From a virus: 41,693 nucleotides of DNA. Numbering within the stretch: position 1 is the stretch's first letter; the number at the start of each line of letters is the position of its first letter. Position numbers and translations under genes: made by a program. Location of the stretch: IMG/VR virus record IMGVR_UViG_3300045988_117511; one strand, 5' to 3'. The notes beneath the pieces are model-generated. The model ran no database searches, was not told the origin of the DNA, and worked only from the letters and a program-made list of their open reading frames with translations. Shown here one piece after another: positions 7,780-15,558 of the stretch.

Positions 7780-9386
7780 GCCGTTTCTCCTTCAGTTTTT
7801 GGCGGTATATAAGTGTGTGGATCAATGGAGTTTGGAACTCTCCAGCCGTTTCCTGCGATCCGGTCGATCAGATGCTTAGCTGCAGTAAATTCCCACGTCC
7901 CAACATGCTGAAAGCCTCTTCCTTCCAGGAAGCGGATCTGCTTTGGCGTCGTAAGTCCTGCTTTTTTTCTGGCATCGAGCCTGTTAAGAAGCTTTGACGC
8001 CTTCCCTGCATTATCGATCTCATCCGGATAGATTCCGAGTTTTTCTAAGGCTTTTGTCTGCTTTTCAGATGGCGGCGCCATCTCCCAGCCAAAAGCCGGC
8101 ACGTACCCGGACAGATCTTCTGCCTGGATGCTCATCTCAAACTGCAATGGATCTACAAGTTTTCTTTTGCGGGTCCTCATCTGCTGCAGCTGCTTAGCCA
8201 GTGATTCTTCACGCTGCGCTACTACATCTTCTGCAGCCTGCGCTTCTGCCTCTTCGATATCTACAGGCGCCGGTGCATCCTTGATGTTTTCAGTCATCTG
8301 CTTTGCTACTTCTTCATTTTCACAGATCAGGTGTGCCGGATGACAAAGTTCATGCCGCTCGGTATGCCACAGAAAATCCAGAAGCAGAAGCTCTGTTTTT
8401 CCGGTCTGCGGGGAAAGACGTGTACCGCGTCCTACCATCTGGCAGTAAAGACTACGCACCTTTGTCGGCCGGAGCACCACCACACAATCTACGGATGGAC
8501 AGTCCCAGCCTTCCGTAAGTAGCATGCTGTTACAGAGGACGTTGTATTTTCCATCATCAAAATCCTGCAGCACCTGCGCCCGATCCATGCTCTCGCCATT
8601 TACCTCCGCAGCAGCAAAGCCTGCTTTATTGAGCATCTCACAGAACTTCTGGCTTGTTTTGATCAGCGGCAGGAACACGACAGTCTTTCGATCATGACAA
8701 ACTTTTCCCATCTCTTCTGCAATTTGCTCCAGATATGGATCTAAGGCAGTGCTGATATCGCCTGCCTTAAAGTCTCCCGCCTGCATACTTACCGAAGATA
8801 GATCTAGCTTTAACGGTATCGTCTGCGCTTTGATCGGACAAAGATATCCTTCCTTGATCGCCTTTGGCAGCGTGTATTCATATGCCAGACTCTCAAAATA
8901 GCTTCCAAGGTTCTTCATATCACCCCGATCCGGCGTTGCCGTCACGCCCAGGACCTTTGCCCCGGAGAAATGCGAAAGCACTTTCTGATAGCTGTCTGAG
9001 ATGCAGTGGTGCGCTTCATCCACGATGATCGTATCGAAGTAATCCGGATCAAACTGCTTTAAGCGCTTTTCTCTCATGAGAGTCTGCACAGATCCGACCG
9101 TTACCCGAAACCAGCTGCCAATGCAGGTCTGTTCCGCTTTTTCGGTGGAACAGTGAAGTCCGGTCGCCGACGCCAGCTTATCTGCAGCCTGATCCAGAAG
9201 CTCACCCCGGTGAGCAAGAATAAGCGCCCTGCCGCCGGCTCTCACCCGATCTTCTACGATCTTAGAGAAAACGATCGTCTTACCAGTCCCCGTTGGAAGC
9301 ACCAGCAAAGTGCGATCGATATCTTCCCATTGCTCATGAACAGCCTGCCTTGCTTCCTGCTGGTACGGTCTCATTTCCATAGCCAT
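7758..9386 (-). CDS. SF2 DEAD/DEAH-box helicase
   Basis: Helicase motifs are present: LPTGTGKT (motif I), VDEAHH (motif II), TATP (motif III) and a later QMVGRGTR. Confidence 0.85.
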   Translation of the reverse strand: MAMEMRPYQQEARQAVHEQWEDIDRTLLVLPTGTGKTIVFSKIVEDRVRAGGRALILAHRGELLDQAADKLASATGLHCSTEKAEQTCIGSWFRVTVGSVQTLMREKRLKQFDPDYFDTIIVDEAHHCISDSYQKVLSHFSGAKVLGVTATPDRGDMKNLGSYFESLAYEYTLPKAIKEGYLCPIKAQTIPLKLDLSSVSMQAGDFKAGDISTALDPYLEQIAEEMGKVCHDRKTVVFLPLIKTSQKFCEMLNKAGFAAAEVNGESMDRAQVLQDFDDGKYNVLCNSMLLTEGWDCPSVDCVVVLRPTKVRSLYCQMVGRGTRLSPQTGKTELLLLDFLWHTERHELCHPAHLICENEEVAKQMTENIKDAPAPVDIEEAEAQAAEDVVAQREESLAKQLQQMRTRKRKLVDPLQFEMSIQAEDLSGYVPAFGWEMAPPSEKQTKALEKLGIYPDEIDNAGKASKLLNRLDARKKAGLTTPKQIRFLEGRGFQHVGTWEFTAAKHLIDRIAGNGWRVPNSIDPHTYIPPKTEGETAWKNIAW

Positions 9387-9914
9387 TTAGAATTTCCCCT
9401 GTTCAAATGACATCTGTGCCTGCTGTGGCTGCGGTGCCGGCTGGCTGGATACCGGCTCATAGAATTTCTTGATTTCATTGTATGTCTTACCGTTATACTC
9501 TCTGGTCCCGACTCTGCATCTTCCTCGGGATCCCGGGACCATCGCCCAGTTCATTTTCAGCTTCTCACCTTTTTTACGCTGCCCTATTCCTGTAAAGAAC
9601 GCACACAGCATTCCTTCTACCTTAGTGTGCAAGAACAGCTGGTGCCGGATGATCGTTATTCCTTCATGTCCACTTGCATCTTTTCCTTTAATTCTGATGT
9701 GTACAATCGCTTTGTTGCACGGCGGCAACTTTTCACTGCCTTCATGCCGTGCACGTTCAAAATCAACTACCTCAAAGTCATAATCTCCTTCCGGGAGCGT
9801 TATGTAATCGGGATTATCCTTTTCGATTTCATCATCCCAGCCAAACTCTCTGTCATCGAAGCTGTCTGCGCTTCCATTCGGCACGAATCCTTCTGGTATA
9901 TTTCCGTAACTCAT
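9387..9914 (-). CDS. DUF669-like protein (putative ssDNA-binding partner of Sak4-type recombinases)
   Basis: Called from its position after the Sak4-like ATPase and from sequence pattern (LPEGDYDFEVVDFE...). The family call is from memory. Confidence 0.6.
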   Translation of the reverse strand: MSYGNIPEGFVPNGSADSFDDREFGWDDEIEKDNPDYITLPEGDYDFEVVDFERARHEGSEKLPPCNKAIVHIRIKGKDASGHEGITIIRHQLFLHTKVEGMLCAFFTGIGQRKKGEKLKMNWAMVPGSRGRCRVGTREYNGKTYNEIKKFYEPVSSQPAPQPQQAQMSFEQGKF

Positions 9915-9927
9915 ATCTTATTCCTCC

Positions 9928-11001
9928 TTAAAATGGTATTTCCTCATCTAAAATAGCTTTATGAACCTGATCCCAGGCTCCCACCAGCACGCCTTTGATA
10001 AAATCATCCGGATAATTCTCGATCGGTGTCTTCGCCGGGAAATATCCTTTTTTTGCAACGATATCCTGAATCTGATTCCTTGTAACCTGATGAGCATTCA
10101 TAAGGTCGTAAAGCTGTGTTTTGGCAGAGCCATCAGAAGCCGGCACCGGATCAGTCTGTGGTGTTTGCGACTCTGGCTGACTTACCGCTGCAGGCTCACT
10201 CATTGCCTGCGCTGCCGCCGGATCTTCTACTGGTGGGGCAGGTTCCGGGATTTCTGGTCTTCCTGCTGATTTATCCGGAATGGCTGCTGCGATCACAGAG
10301 TAATCGAACTCGGCCTTTTCCGGAAAACCCTTTCGATTCTTGGCGTCCCAGCACGGATGGTGTACTGTGTGCATCACCCTGCGGCCGCCTTTCGCCTTGG
10401 CTTTTTTCATATCCCCAGAGCCTTCCTTAACGACAAAGGTCTCATAATTTGCAAAGAGCACCATATCCGCCCATTCTTTCAGCAGCGGTCCGTCTTTTTT
10501 CTGCAGCTTCAGCTCCCAGCGATCATAAGCGCCTGATTCATCCGGCTGTTCAAACTTTCGCATTGTAGCGTGCGCCGTAAACACGACGTTGATTCCAAGA
10601 TCAATGAGATCCGACAGCCGGTTTAAAAACCGGCCAAACTCTTCTTCCAGATACACATAACCCTTCCCGTATCCGAAGCCTTCAATTCCGGACACCTGAT
10701 TTTTTTCACACAGATTATTGATGCAAAGTCTTTCTGCCCAATCTGCAGTATCGATGATCAGCGAGCTGCAGATATCCGGATTTGCTTTCACCTGATCGAT
10801 TTCCCACATAAGGTATTGCCAGCTGGTAGGCGCCGGCAGTCTCCTGACGTCAAGCTCTCCTGTGGATCCCTCTGTATCGATAAAAAGAGGATTCGGAAAG
10901 TGCGCTGCAAAAGTCGATTTACCGATTCCCTCCGGTCCGTAGATCACGACCTTCTGGGCTTTGTTATTGATCTTTCCTGATGTGATATCAACATTCAGCA
11001 T
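9928..11001 (-). CDS. Sak4-like RecA-fold AAA ATPase
   Basis: Walker A motif VVIYGPEGIGKSTFA. Typical gene order with DUF669 and the helicase. Confidence 0.7.
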   Translation of the reverse strand: MLNVDITSGKINNKAQKVVIYGPEGIGKSTFAAHFPNPLFIDTEGSTGELDVRRLPAPTSWQYLMWEIDQVKANPDICSSLIIDTADWAERLCINNLCEKNQVSGIEGFGYGKGYVYLEEEFGRFLNRLSDLIDLGINVVFTAHATMRKFEQPDESGAYDRWELKLQKKDGPLLKEWADMVLFANYETFVVKEGSGDMKKAKAKGGRRVMHTVHHPCWDAKNRKGFPEKAEFDYSVIAAAIPDKSAGRPEIPEPAPPVEDPAAAQAMSEPAAVSQPESQTPQTDPVPASDGSAKTQLYDLMNAHQVTRNQIQDIVAKKGYFPAKTPIENYPDDFIKGVLVGAWDQVHKAILDEEIPF

Positions 11002-12272
11002 TAAAATTCACCTGCTTTCCATGATGGCGCCGGCACTTCCGGTTCATTCGGCTTGCTGTAGCCGTCTTCAATGATGATGGAACACTCATCGCCGGTAGAA
11101 ACTCTCGTTGCGATCACCTGCAGGTTTTCCTGCTGCAGCCATGCTCCAAACTCATTTAACGTATCCATATCCATCTGCTCCAGCTTATCCAGAAGCACAA
11201 AACCGCACTTCGGATTCAGCTTTCTGACGATAGCCACCCCGACCTTCATCTGGTCTGCTCCGGAGAGGTTGTCCCACTTGAATCCTTTATATGTGAGCTC
11301 GCCGTCTTCTACCGACAGACCTTCGAGCGGGAGATTAGATCCTTTCAGAAGATCCGTACGTTCGCTGCGAACCTCTTCCAGCAGCTCTGAATACTCATCG
11401 TATTTCTGGGTGTATTCCTGAGCTTCTATTTCCGCCTTTTCCTTATCCAGATTTACTCTGACTTTCCGGTTGATTTCTTCGATGTCTGAGATGTTCTTTT
11501 CGAGTTCTGCTGTAGATTCGTCATGCAGATCCGCAGCATCCATTCTGGCGATATCGAGATCCTTTTTTACTTTTGCCTGCTCCATTACTAGCTGATCGAT
11601 CTGTTTCTGCAGCTGACTGCTATGAGCCTCAAGCTCCGCCAGCTGATTTCTCTTTTTTTGATTCTCTCCGTTTCTGGCCAGAATCTCCTGTTGCTGCCTG
11701 ATCAGCTCTGATGCAGATATCAGCTCGCTTGGAGCCTCTGGAAAAACGGGAAGCTCTGCTGCATATTTTTTCTTCTGATCGCCGATCTGACCAATTGTAT
11801 GGCGCTGGTTATAAAGTTCTTTTTCCTTCTGGTCCAGCTCATAGAGCTTGTCCCCCACTCCGATCACCTGCAGAAGCGTATTCGCTTTTTCCTTGTTATT
11901 GCCATTCATGAATTTAGGCAGATCCAGCGCAAACTGACTGATAAATTCATTCAGCAACTGCTGTCCTGCTCGATTACCGGAAGGATCGATCACTTTAAGA
12001 TCTGAATTCTTTCCTTTCCTCTCAACCACCAGCCCGTTAGAAAGCGTGATTTTTCCATATGGCGGTGTTACAGAGCCTTCCCGATGCGGTTCACTCGGCC
12101 GGTAGCGATCACCGCCAAGAATCCACATGATGGCATCCAGTACCGATGTTTTACCCTGATTATTCTTACCTCCCACGATCGTTAGCCCCGACGACGTTGG
12201 CGTGATCTGAACAGCTTTGATCCGTTTGATGTTCTCAAGTTCAAGGCTTGTGATTTTGGTTTCTATTGACAT
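11001..12272 (-). CDS. SMC/SbcC/RecF-like AAA ATPase with coiled coil
   Basis: N-terminus LELENIKRIKAV...IVGGKNNQGKTSVLDAIMWILGG, a long coiled-coil middle, and a C-terminal FVLLDKLEQMD (Walker B-like). Confidence 0.75.
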   Translation of the reverse strand: MSIETKITSLELENIKRIKAVQITPTSSGLTIVGGKNNQGKTSVLDAIMWILGGDRYRPSEPHREGSVTPPYGKITLSNGLVVERKGKNSDLKVIDPSGNRAGQQLLNEFISQFALDLPKFMNGNNKEKANTLLQVIGVGDKLYELDQKEKELYNQRHTIGQIGDQKKKYAAELPVFPEAPSELISASELIRQQQEILARNGENQKKRNQLAELEAHSSQLQKQIDQLVMEQAKVKKDLDIARMDAADLHDESTAELEKNISDIEEINRKVRVNLDKEKAEIEAQEYTQKYDEYSELLEEVRSERTDLLKGSNLPLEGLSVEDGELTYKGFKWDNLSGADQMKVGVAIVRKLNPKCGFVLLDKLEQMDMDTLNEFGAWLQQENLQVIATRVSTGDECSIIIEDGYSKPNEPEVPAPSWKAGEF

Positions 12273-12350
12273 TTTTCCCTCCTGTGTTATCCTATAATTG
12301 ATATTTGAGTTGTGCGTCCCTTACGCAGTAGCGTTTTACAGGGACGCTTT

Positions 12351-12578
12351 TCATTTCTTTACAACTGGGATCACATGCTCCTCATAATTCTTTACACCTT
12401 CAAGGGCATCAGGGCTTACTGCATATCTTCCCATTGAAGCGAGCCACAGATTTGCCTTTTCTTCACCCCAGTGCTTCACCATTGCCTGATAATGAGTCGC
12501 CATCAGCAGTGTTATTTCTGCCGAAAGTTCTTCCAGATCACCGAACATTGTGACCTCATGATTCTCTACCTTGATCAT
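12351..12578 (-). CDS. Hypothetical protein (75 aa)
   Basis: Start set at the ATG at 12578 (MIKVENHEV...), preceded by a GGTGGTGAAG-like RBS. Confidence 0.55.
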   Translation of the reverse strand: MIKVENHEVTMFGDLEELSAEITLLMATHYQAMVKHWGEEKANLWLASMGRYAVSPDALEGVKNYEEHVIPVVKK

Positions 12579-12772
12579 TTTTTCTTCACCACCTTTACGC
12601 TGCAGACATGACACTCTGCCTTTATGATTTCTTCCCGATCAATCACCGAAGCGATCCCGCTGCAGCACGGACAAACAAACTCCTGATACTTCCAGGGAGT
12701 ATCCAGCCTGTTCAGTGCTGCTGCTATCAACGCTTCCTTTCGCTCTTTTCTTGTTAATTTTTCTTCTGGCAT
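12575..12772 (-). CDS. Hypothetical zinc-ribbon protein (65 aa)
   Basis: Start at the ATG at 12772 with a GGAAGGAGGG RBS. Cysteine pairs CPCC...CHVC. Confidence 0.6.
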   Translation of the reverse strand: MPEEKLTRKERKEALIAAALNRLDTPWKYQEFVCPCCSGIASVIDREEIIKAECHVCSVKVVKKK

Positions 12773-12927
12773 TTTCGCCCTCCTTCCTTTAACGGTATAA
12801 TGGCTGCTGCAATCACCGGCAGTGCCCATTCAGGTCCGATCCCGAACTCGCCACGCTTCACGTATGCAGCTACGACAACCAGGATCCCGAAGATCGCAAT
12901 AATGAATACTGCTGTTTTAGGTTTCAT
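12754..12927 (-). CDS. Hypothetical small membrane protein (57 aa)
   Basis: Start at the ATG at 12927 (RBS GAAAGGAAG). The sequence TAVFIIAIFGILVVVAAYV is a transmembrane segment. Confidence 0.5.
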   Translation of the reverse strand: MKPKTAVFIIAIFGILVVVAAYVKRGEFGIGPEWALPVIAAAIIPLKEGGRKCQKKN

Positions 12928-13159
12928 TGTTTGAACTTCCTTTCTGAGCTGCCATACGTCTTTCGTAGGCTTCCGCTTCGGCTCTTTCCTCAACATACTG
13001 CTGCAGCTTCGTGATCGGCACTTTCCAGTTGCATCCTACTCTGTATGCAGGGATTTCTCCCCGTTCAATCAGTGGATACACAACGTGTACTCCCGTCCGA
13101 AGCATTTCTGCTGCTTCAATAGCCGATACAACGAGCGGCTCTATGGATTTTGCTTTCAT
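12917..13159 (-). CDS. Excisionase-family (MerR-like HTH_17) DNA-binding protein
   Basis: VSAIEAAEMLRTGVHVVYPLIERGEIPAYRVGCNWKVPITKLQQYVEE is a typical excisionase/HTH_17 sequence. Start at the ATG at 13159 with an AAAGGAG RBS. Confidence 0.7.
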   Translation of the reverse strand: MKAKSIEPLVVSAIEAAEMLRTGVHVVYPLIERGEIPAYRVGCNWKVPITKLQQYVEERAEAEAYERRMAAQKGSSNNET

Positions 13160-13251
13160 AACGACTCTCCTTTCTTTATCCCGCATATGGTTCTGGGCGC
13201 TTCTCCATAGGCTTCCATCTTGTTAATCGTTTCATTTGACACCTCACTTTC

Positions 13252-13280
13252 TTGTCTCGTCCTTCGCGCCGTGATAAAAT
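13252..13280 (+). promoter_or_regulatory. Extended -10 promoter for the DUF4145 gene
   Basis: TTGTCT (13252-13257), 17 nt spacer containing TG at 13272-13273, then TAAAAT (13275-13280). Confidence 0.45.
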
Positions 13281-13303
13281 AGGATCGAAAGGACGGTGAT
13301 TGT

Positions 13304-13978
13304 GTGAAAACTAGAAAAAGAACATTTTTTGCGGGCAGCTCTACCTTGGAATTCGAATCCGAACTTCCACTAGAATGTCCCCATTGCGGAGCATATGGTG
13401 TGCCAGACATTGTCACATCAACTCATGTGGTCTACGGATCTAGCGTTTACCACATACTGATATTGGAACATAGCTGCTGTGATAAAATATCTCAGGCCAT
13501 TTACCGTGTTAATGATGGATCCGGCGAATTACTTTCATTGTTACCGCAAATTATAAAGCGAGGTGATTTCCCAGATTCCATAAAGAAAATCTCGCCACAT
13601 TTTATCGAACTTTACAATCAATGCTATGAAGCTGAACAACGTGGTTTCCTTGAACTTGCCGGATCTGGATATCGTAATGCTCTTGAAGTTCTAATTAAGG
13701 ACTATGCAATTTCTGTACTACACGAGCCTGAAAAAGAAGTAATCAGCTGTTCACTTTCAAAAGCAATCCAAAAATATCTTTCCGAGGTCAAGTTATCTCA
13801 ATCAGCCGATGTGGTTCGTATTCTGGGTAATGATCACACTCACTACGAACGCAAATACGATGACATTGACTTCCAGATCCTAAAAAAATATCTGAAAATC
13901 TTTGTTGACAGCATTGACTGTGAATATTTGATCCGAAACCCTATAGTAAAGACCAATCCTAACCTTCCTCAGGAATAA
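13304..13978 (+). CDS. Zinc-ribbon + DUF4145 domain protein (antisense moron in the early operon)
   Basis: GTG start. N-terminal CPHCG...HSCCD. The C-terminal pattern FIELYNQCYEAEQRGFLELAGSGYRNALEVLIKDYA...ADVVRILGNDHTHY matches DUF4145 from memory. Confidence 0.7.
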   Translation: MKTRKRTFFAGSSTLEFESELPLECPHCGAYGVPDIVTSTHVVYGSSVYHILILEHSCCDKISQAIYRVNDGSGELLSLLPQIIKRGDFPDSIKKISPHFIELYNQCYEAEQRGFLELAGSGYRNALEVLIKDYAISVLHEPEKEVISCSLSKAIQKYLSEVKLSQSADVVRILGNDHTHYERKYDDIDFQILKKYLKIFVDSIDCEYLIRNPIVKTNPNLPQE

Positions 13979-14147
13979 GATCATTAAGCAGATCACGTTC
14001 TGCTAGCAAATTTCCATCAAGATCCCAGTACTGGATAACCTTTCGTACTGGGTCTTCTTTTGTTCCTGTTCCGATTTTCGCCTCAACCTGAATTACAGAA
14101 ACTACTTTGGCTTTTTTCACACTATTACTTCCTGTCAGGTTCTCCAC
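13959..14147 (-). CDS. Hypothetical early protein (62 aa)
   Basis: ORF downstream of the cro-like gene. The start (GTG) is uncertain. The 3' end overlaps the convergent 13304-13978 gene by 20 nt. Confidence 0.5.
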   Translation of the reverse strand: MENLTGSNSVKKAKVVSVIQVEAKIGTGTKEDPVRKVIQYWDLDGNLLAERDLLNDLIPEEG

Positions 14148-14179
14148 CTCCTCTCCTTCAAACTTTCAAAAGTTGGCTA

Positions 14180-14410
14180 CTACTCATTGGATTGCTCAAA
14201 GAGGTTCTCATTTTGAAACTGCTCAAACAGATAGTCCAGAGAACAGTTAGGAAAATAGTTCTTCTTTATTTCCACCATTTCTTTTCTAGTAAATTCAGTT
14301 CTGCAGTAAATCTTGTTCGAAATGGACCTCTCATCTTTTTCTATAAGCTTTGCTAAATCTTTTTGCGAAATACCTGCACGAGCCATTTCTGCTATTAGGT
14401 TTTTTAACAT
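14180..14410 (-). CDS. Cro-like XRE-family HTH regulator
   Basis: ARAGISQKDLAKLIEKDERSISNKI is an HTH. The RBS is AGGAGGTG. It is the first gene of the minus-strand early operon and is divergent from the repressor. Confidence 0.8.
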   Translation of the reverse strand: MLKNLIAEMARAGISQKDLAKLIEKDERSISNKIYCRTEFTRKEMVEIKKNYFPNCSLDYLFEQFQNENLFEQSNE

Positions 14411-14591
14411 CGGCCACCTCCTTTCTACCCCACAGGGTAACTATGTTTTTAATATATACCCCACAAGGTAATTTGTCAACGGTATTTTTACCCTGCGCCA
14501 TAACTTTTTTCGTTCTGTAGTAAATAAATTACTTTACAACGGAAATATTTTGCGGTAGAATAGCCGTAACATATAGAAAGAGGTTTACGGT
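14411..14591. promoter_or_regulatory. Lysis-lysogeny switch region with back-to-back promoters and operators
   Basis: Minus strand carries TTGACA (14479-14474), 17 nt spacer, TATATT (14456-14451). Plus strand carries TTTACA (14533-14538), 17 nt spacer, TAGAAT (14556-14561). The 14-mer TACCCCAC(A/G)(G/A)GGTA occurs at 14426-14439 and 14457-14470, and the second copy fills the early-promoter spacer. A half-site lies at 14489-14497. Confidence 0.7.
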
Positions 14592-14912
14592 ATGAGTTTT
14601 CTTACAAAATTAGATAAACTAATGAAAGATAGAAATATAAACAAGAATCAATTATCAAAAGAATCTGGAGTTCCTTACACTACTATAGATGGTTTCTATA
14701 AGAAAGGAACTGATAATATTAAATTATCTACATTAAAAAAACTGGCAGCTTATTTTGAATGTTCTTTGGACTACCTTGCAGATGATGACGTTCCAGACGA
14801 TTCCATCAACACCATCGCAGCCCACCACGACGGTGAGGACTGGACAGAGGAAGAGCTGGATGAGATTGAGACTTTTAAAAAGTTCGTACTTTCCAAGAGG
14901 GATGAAAAATAA
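14592..14912 (+). CDS. CI-like XRE-family repressor
   Basis: LDKLMKDRNINKNQLSKESGVPYTTIDGFYKKGTDNIKLSTLKKLAAYFECSLDYL is an HTH_3 domain. It is the first gene of the plus-strand lysogeny operon. Confidence 0.85.
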   Translation: MSFLTKLDKLMKDRNINKNQLSKESGVPYTTIDGFYKKGTDNIKLSTLKKLAAYFECSLDYLADDDVPDDSINTIAAHHDGEDWTEEELDEIETFKKFVLSKRDEK

Positions 14913-14945
14913 TTACCTTTGTGGGAAAAATCTTTCCGTAAAGTA

Positions 14946-14974
14946 TTGCAACTTACAGAATAATTTCATATAAT
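14946..14974 (+). promoter_or_regulatory. Near-consensus sigma-A promoter of the type III TA-like locus
   Basis: TTGCAA (14946-14951), 17 nt spacer, TATAAT (14969-14974). Confidence 0.65.
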
Positions 14975-15013
14975 GAGGGTACATTAAGATTGTCGTTTGA
15001 GAGCAGAACGACC

Positions 15014-15115
15014 TAAATCTAAAGACGGCTCAATGGATGATTCTCCTTGTAGAGCGCAAGGAGCTTAAATAAAAGAAAGCTCAATGGATGTACCCTCTGC
15101 ATATTGCGGAGGGTA
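15014..15115 (+). repeat. Two tandem ~51-52-nt units (GCTCAATGGATG at 15028 and 15079)
   Basis: The exact 12-mer occurs twice with a 51-nt period. The flanking TAAAT and AAAGA are also conserved. The hairpins are CTCCTTG/CAAGGAG (15043-15063) and TACCCTCTGC/GCGGAGGGTA (15091-15115). Confidence 0.7.
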
Positions 15116-15122
15116 TTTTTTT
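15091..15122 (+). terminator. Rho-independent terminator between the repeat RNA and the toxin gene
   Basis: A 10-bp stem (one G-U pair), loop ATATT, then T7. It lies 12 nt upstream of the ATG at 15134. Confidence 0.75.
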
Positions 15123-15133
15123 AGGAGAAAACA

Positions 15134-15547
15134 ATGAAATTAAAAATACTTTCCAGAAAATTCTATAGTACATATTCTGATTGCAAAGAAATTTTGAAAA
15201 AATCAGAGAGACCTTATGCCTGTCTGACTATTGAAGTAAACAGTACCCTGTTCGCAATTCCATTCCGGCATCATATACGACATAAATATGCGTTTTTCAC
15301 AATTGGAGAAGCTGGGCTTGACTATACAAAAGCAGTCGTGATTTCTGATACCAGTTACTTGGCTCCAGATGAACCTACTATCGAAAGTAAGGAGTTCGCG
15401 ATCATAAAAAAAGAAGAGCAACAGATAATATATGGCTTTAAAAAATACGTAAATCAGTATATAAAAGCCATGAAGCATAGAGATATACCTAGAAATGCTA
15501 ACATTTTAAAATACAGCGCATTACAATACTTTGAAGAATATCTGTAA
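15134..15547 (+). CDS. Type III toxin-antitoxin toxin-like protein (ToxN/AbiQ/CptN/TenpN superfamily endoribonuclease candidate)
   Basis: 137 aa. MKLKILSRKFYSTY...SERPYACLTIEVNSTLFAIPFRHHIRH...GLDYTKAVVI resembles type III toxins from memory. The locus architecture (promoter, repeats, terminator, ORF) is the type III hallmark. Confidence 0.55.
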   Translation: MKLKILSRKFYSTYSDCKEILKKSERPYACLTIEVNSTLFAIPFRHHIRHKYAFFTIGEAGLDYTKAVVISDTSYLAPDEPTIESKEFAIIKKEEQQIIYGFKKYVNQYIKAMKHRDIPRNANILKYSALQYFEEYL

Positions 15548-15558
15548 GAGGTGACACC

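Larger units (their letters stand above)
14981..15122 (+). ncRNA. Candidate type III antitoxin RNA (leader with three stem-loops and two tandem units)
   Basis: The region lies between the promoter and a terminator and is non-coding. The tandem word TAAAT..AAAGA..GCTCAATGGATG occurs twice (22/26 identity). Each unit is followed by a hairpin. Confidence 0.5.

Noticed and set aside
12273-12350. Hairpin GCGTCCC...GGGACGC as a terminator between early genes
   Set aside because: The T-run follows it only on the plus strand, where there is no gene to terminate. On the transcribed minus strand no U-tract follows, and the loop is long (21 nt).
13156-13416. 86-aa minus-strand ORF
   Set aside because: It overlaps the promoter and 5' end of the plus-strand DUF4145 gene and has no RBS. 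The excisionase-like gene downstream has its own strong RBS at 13159.
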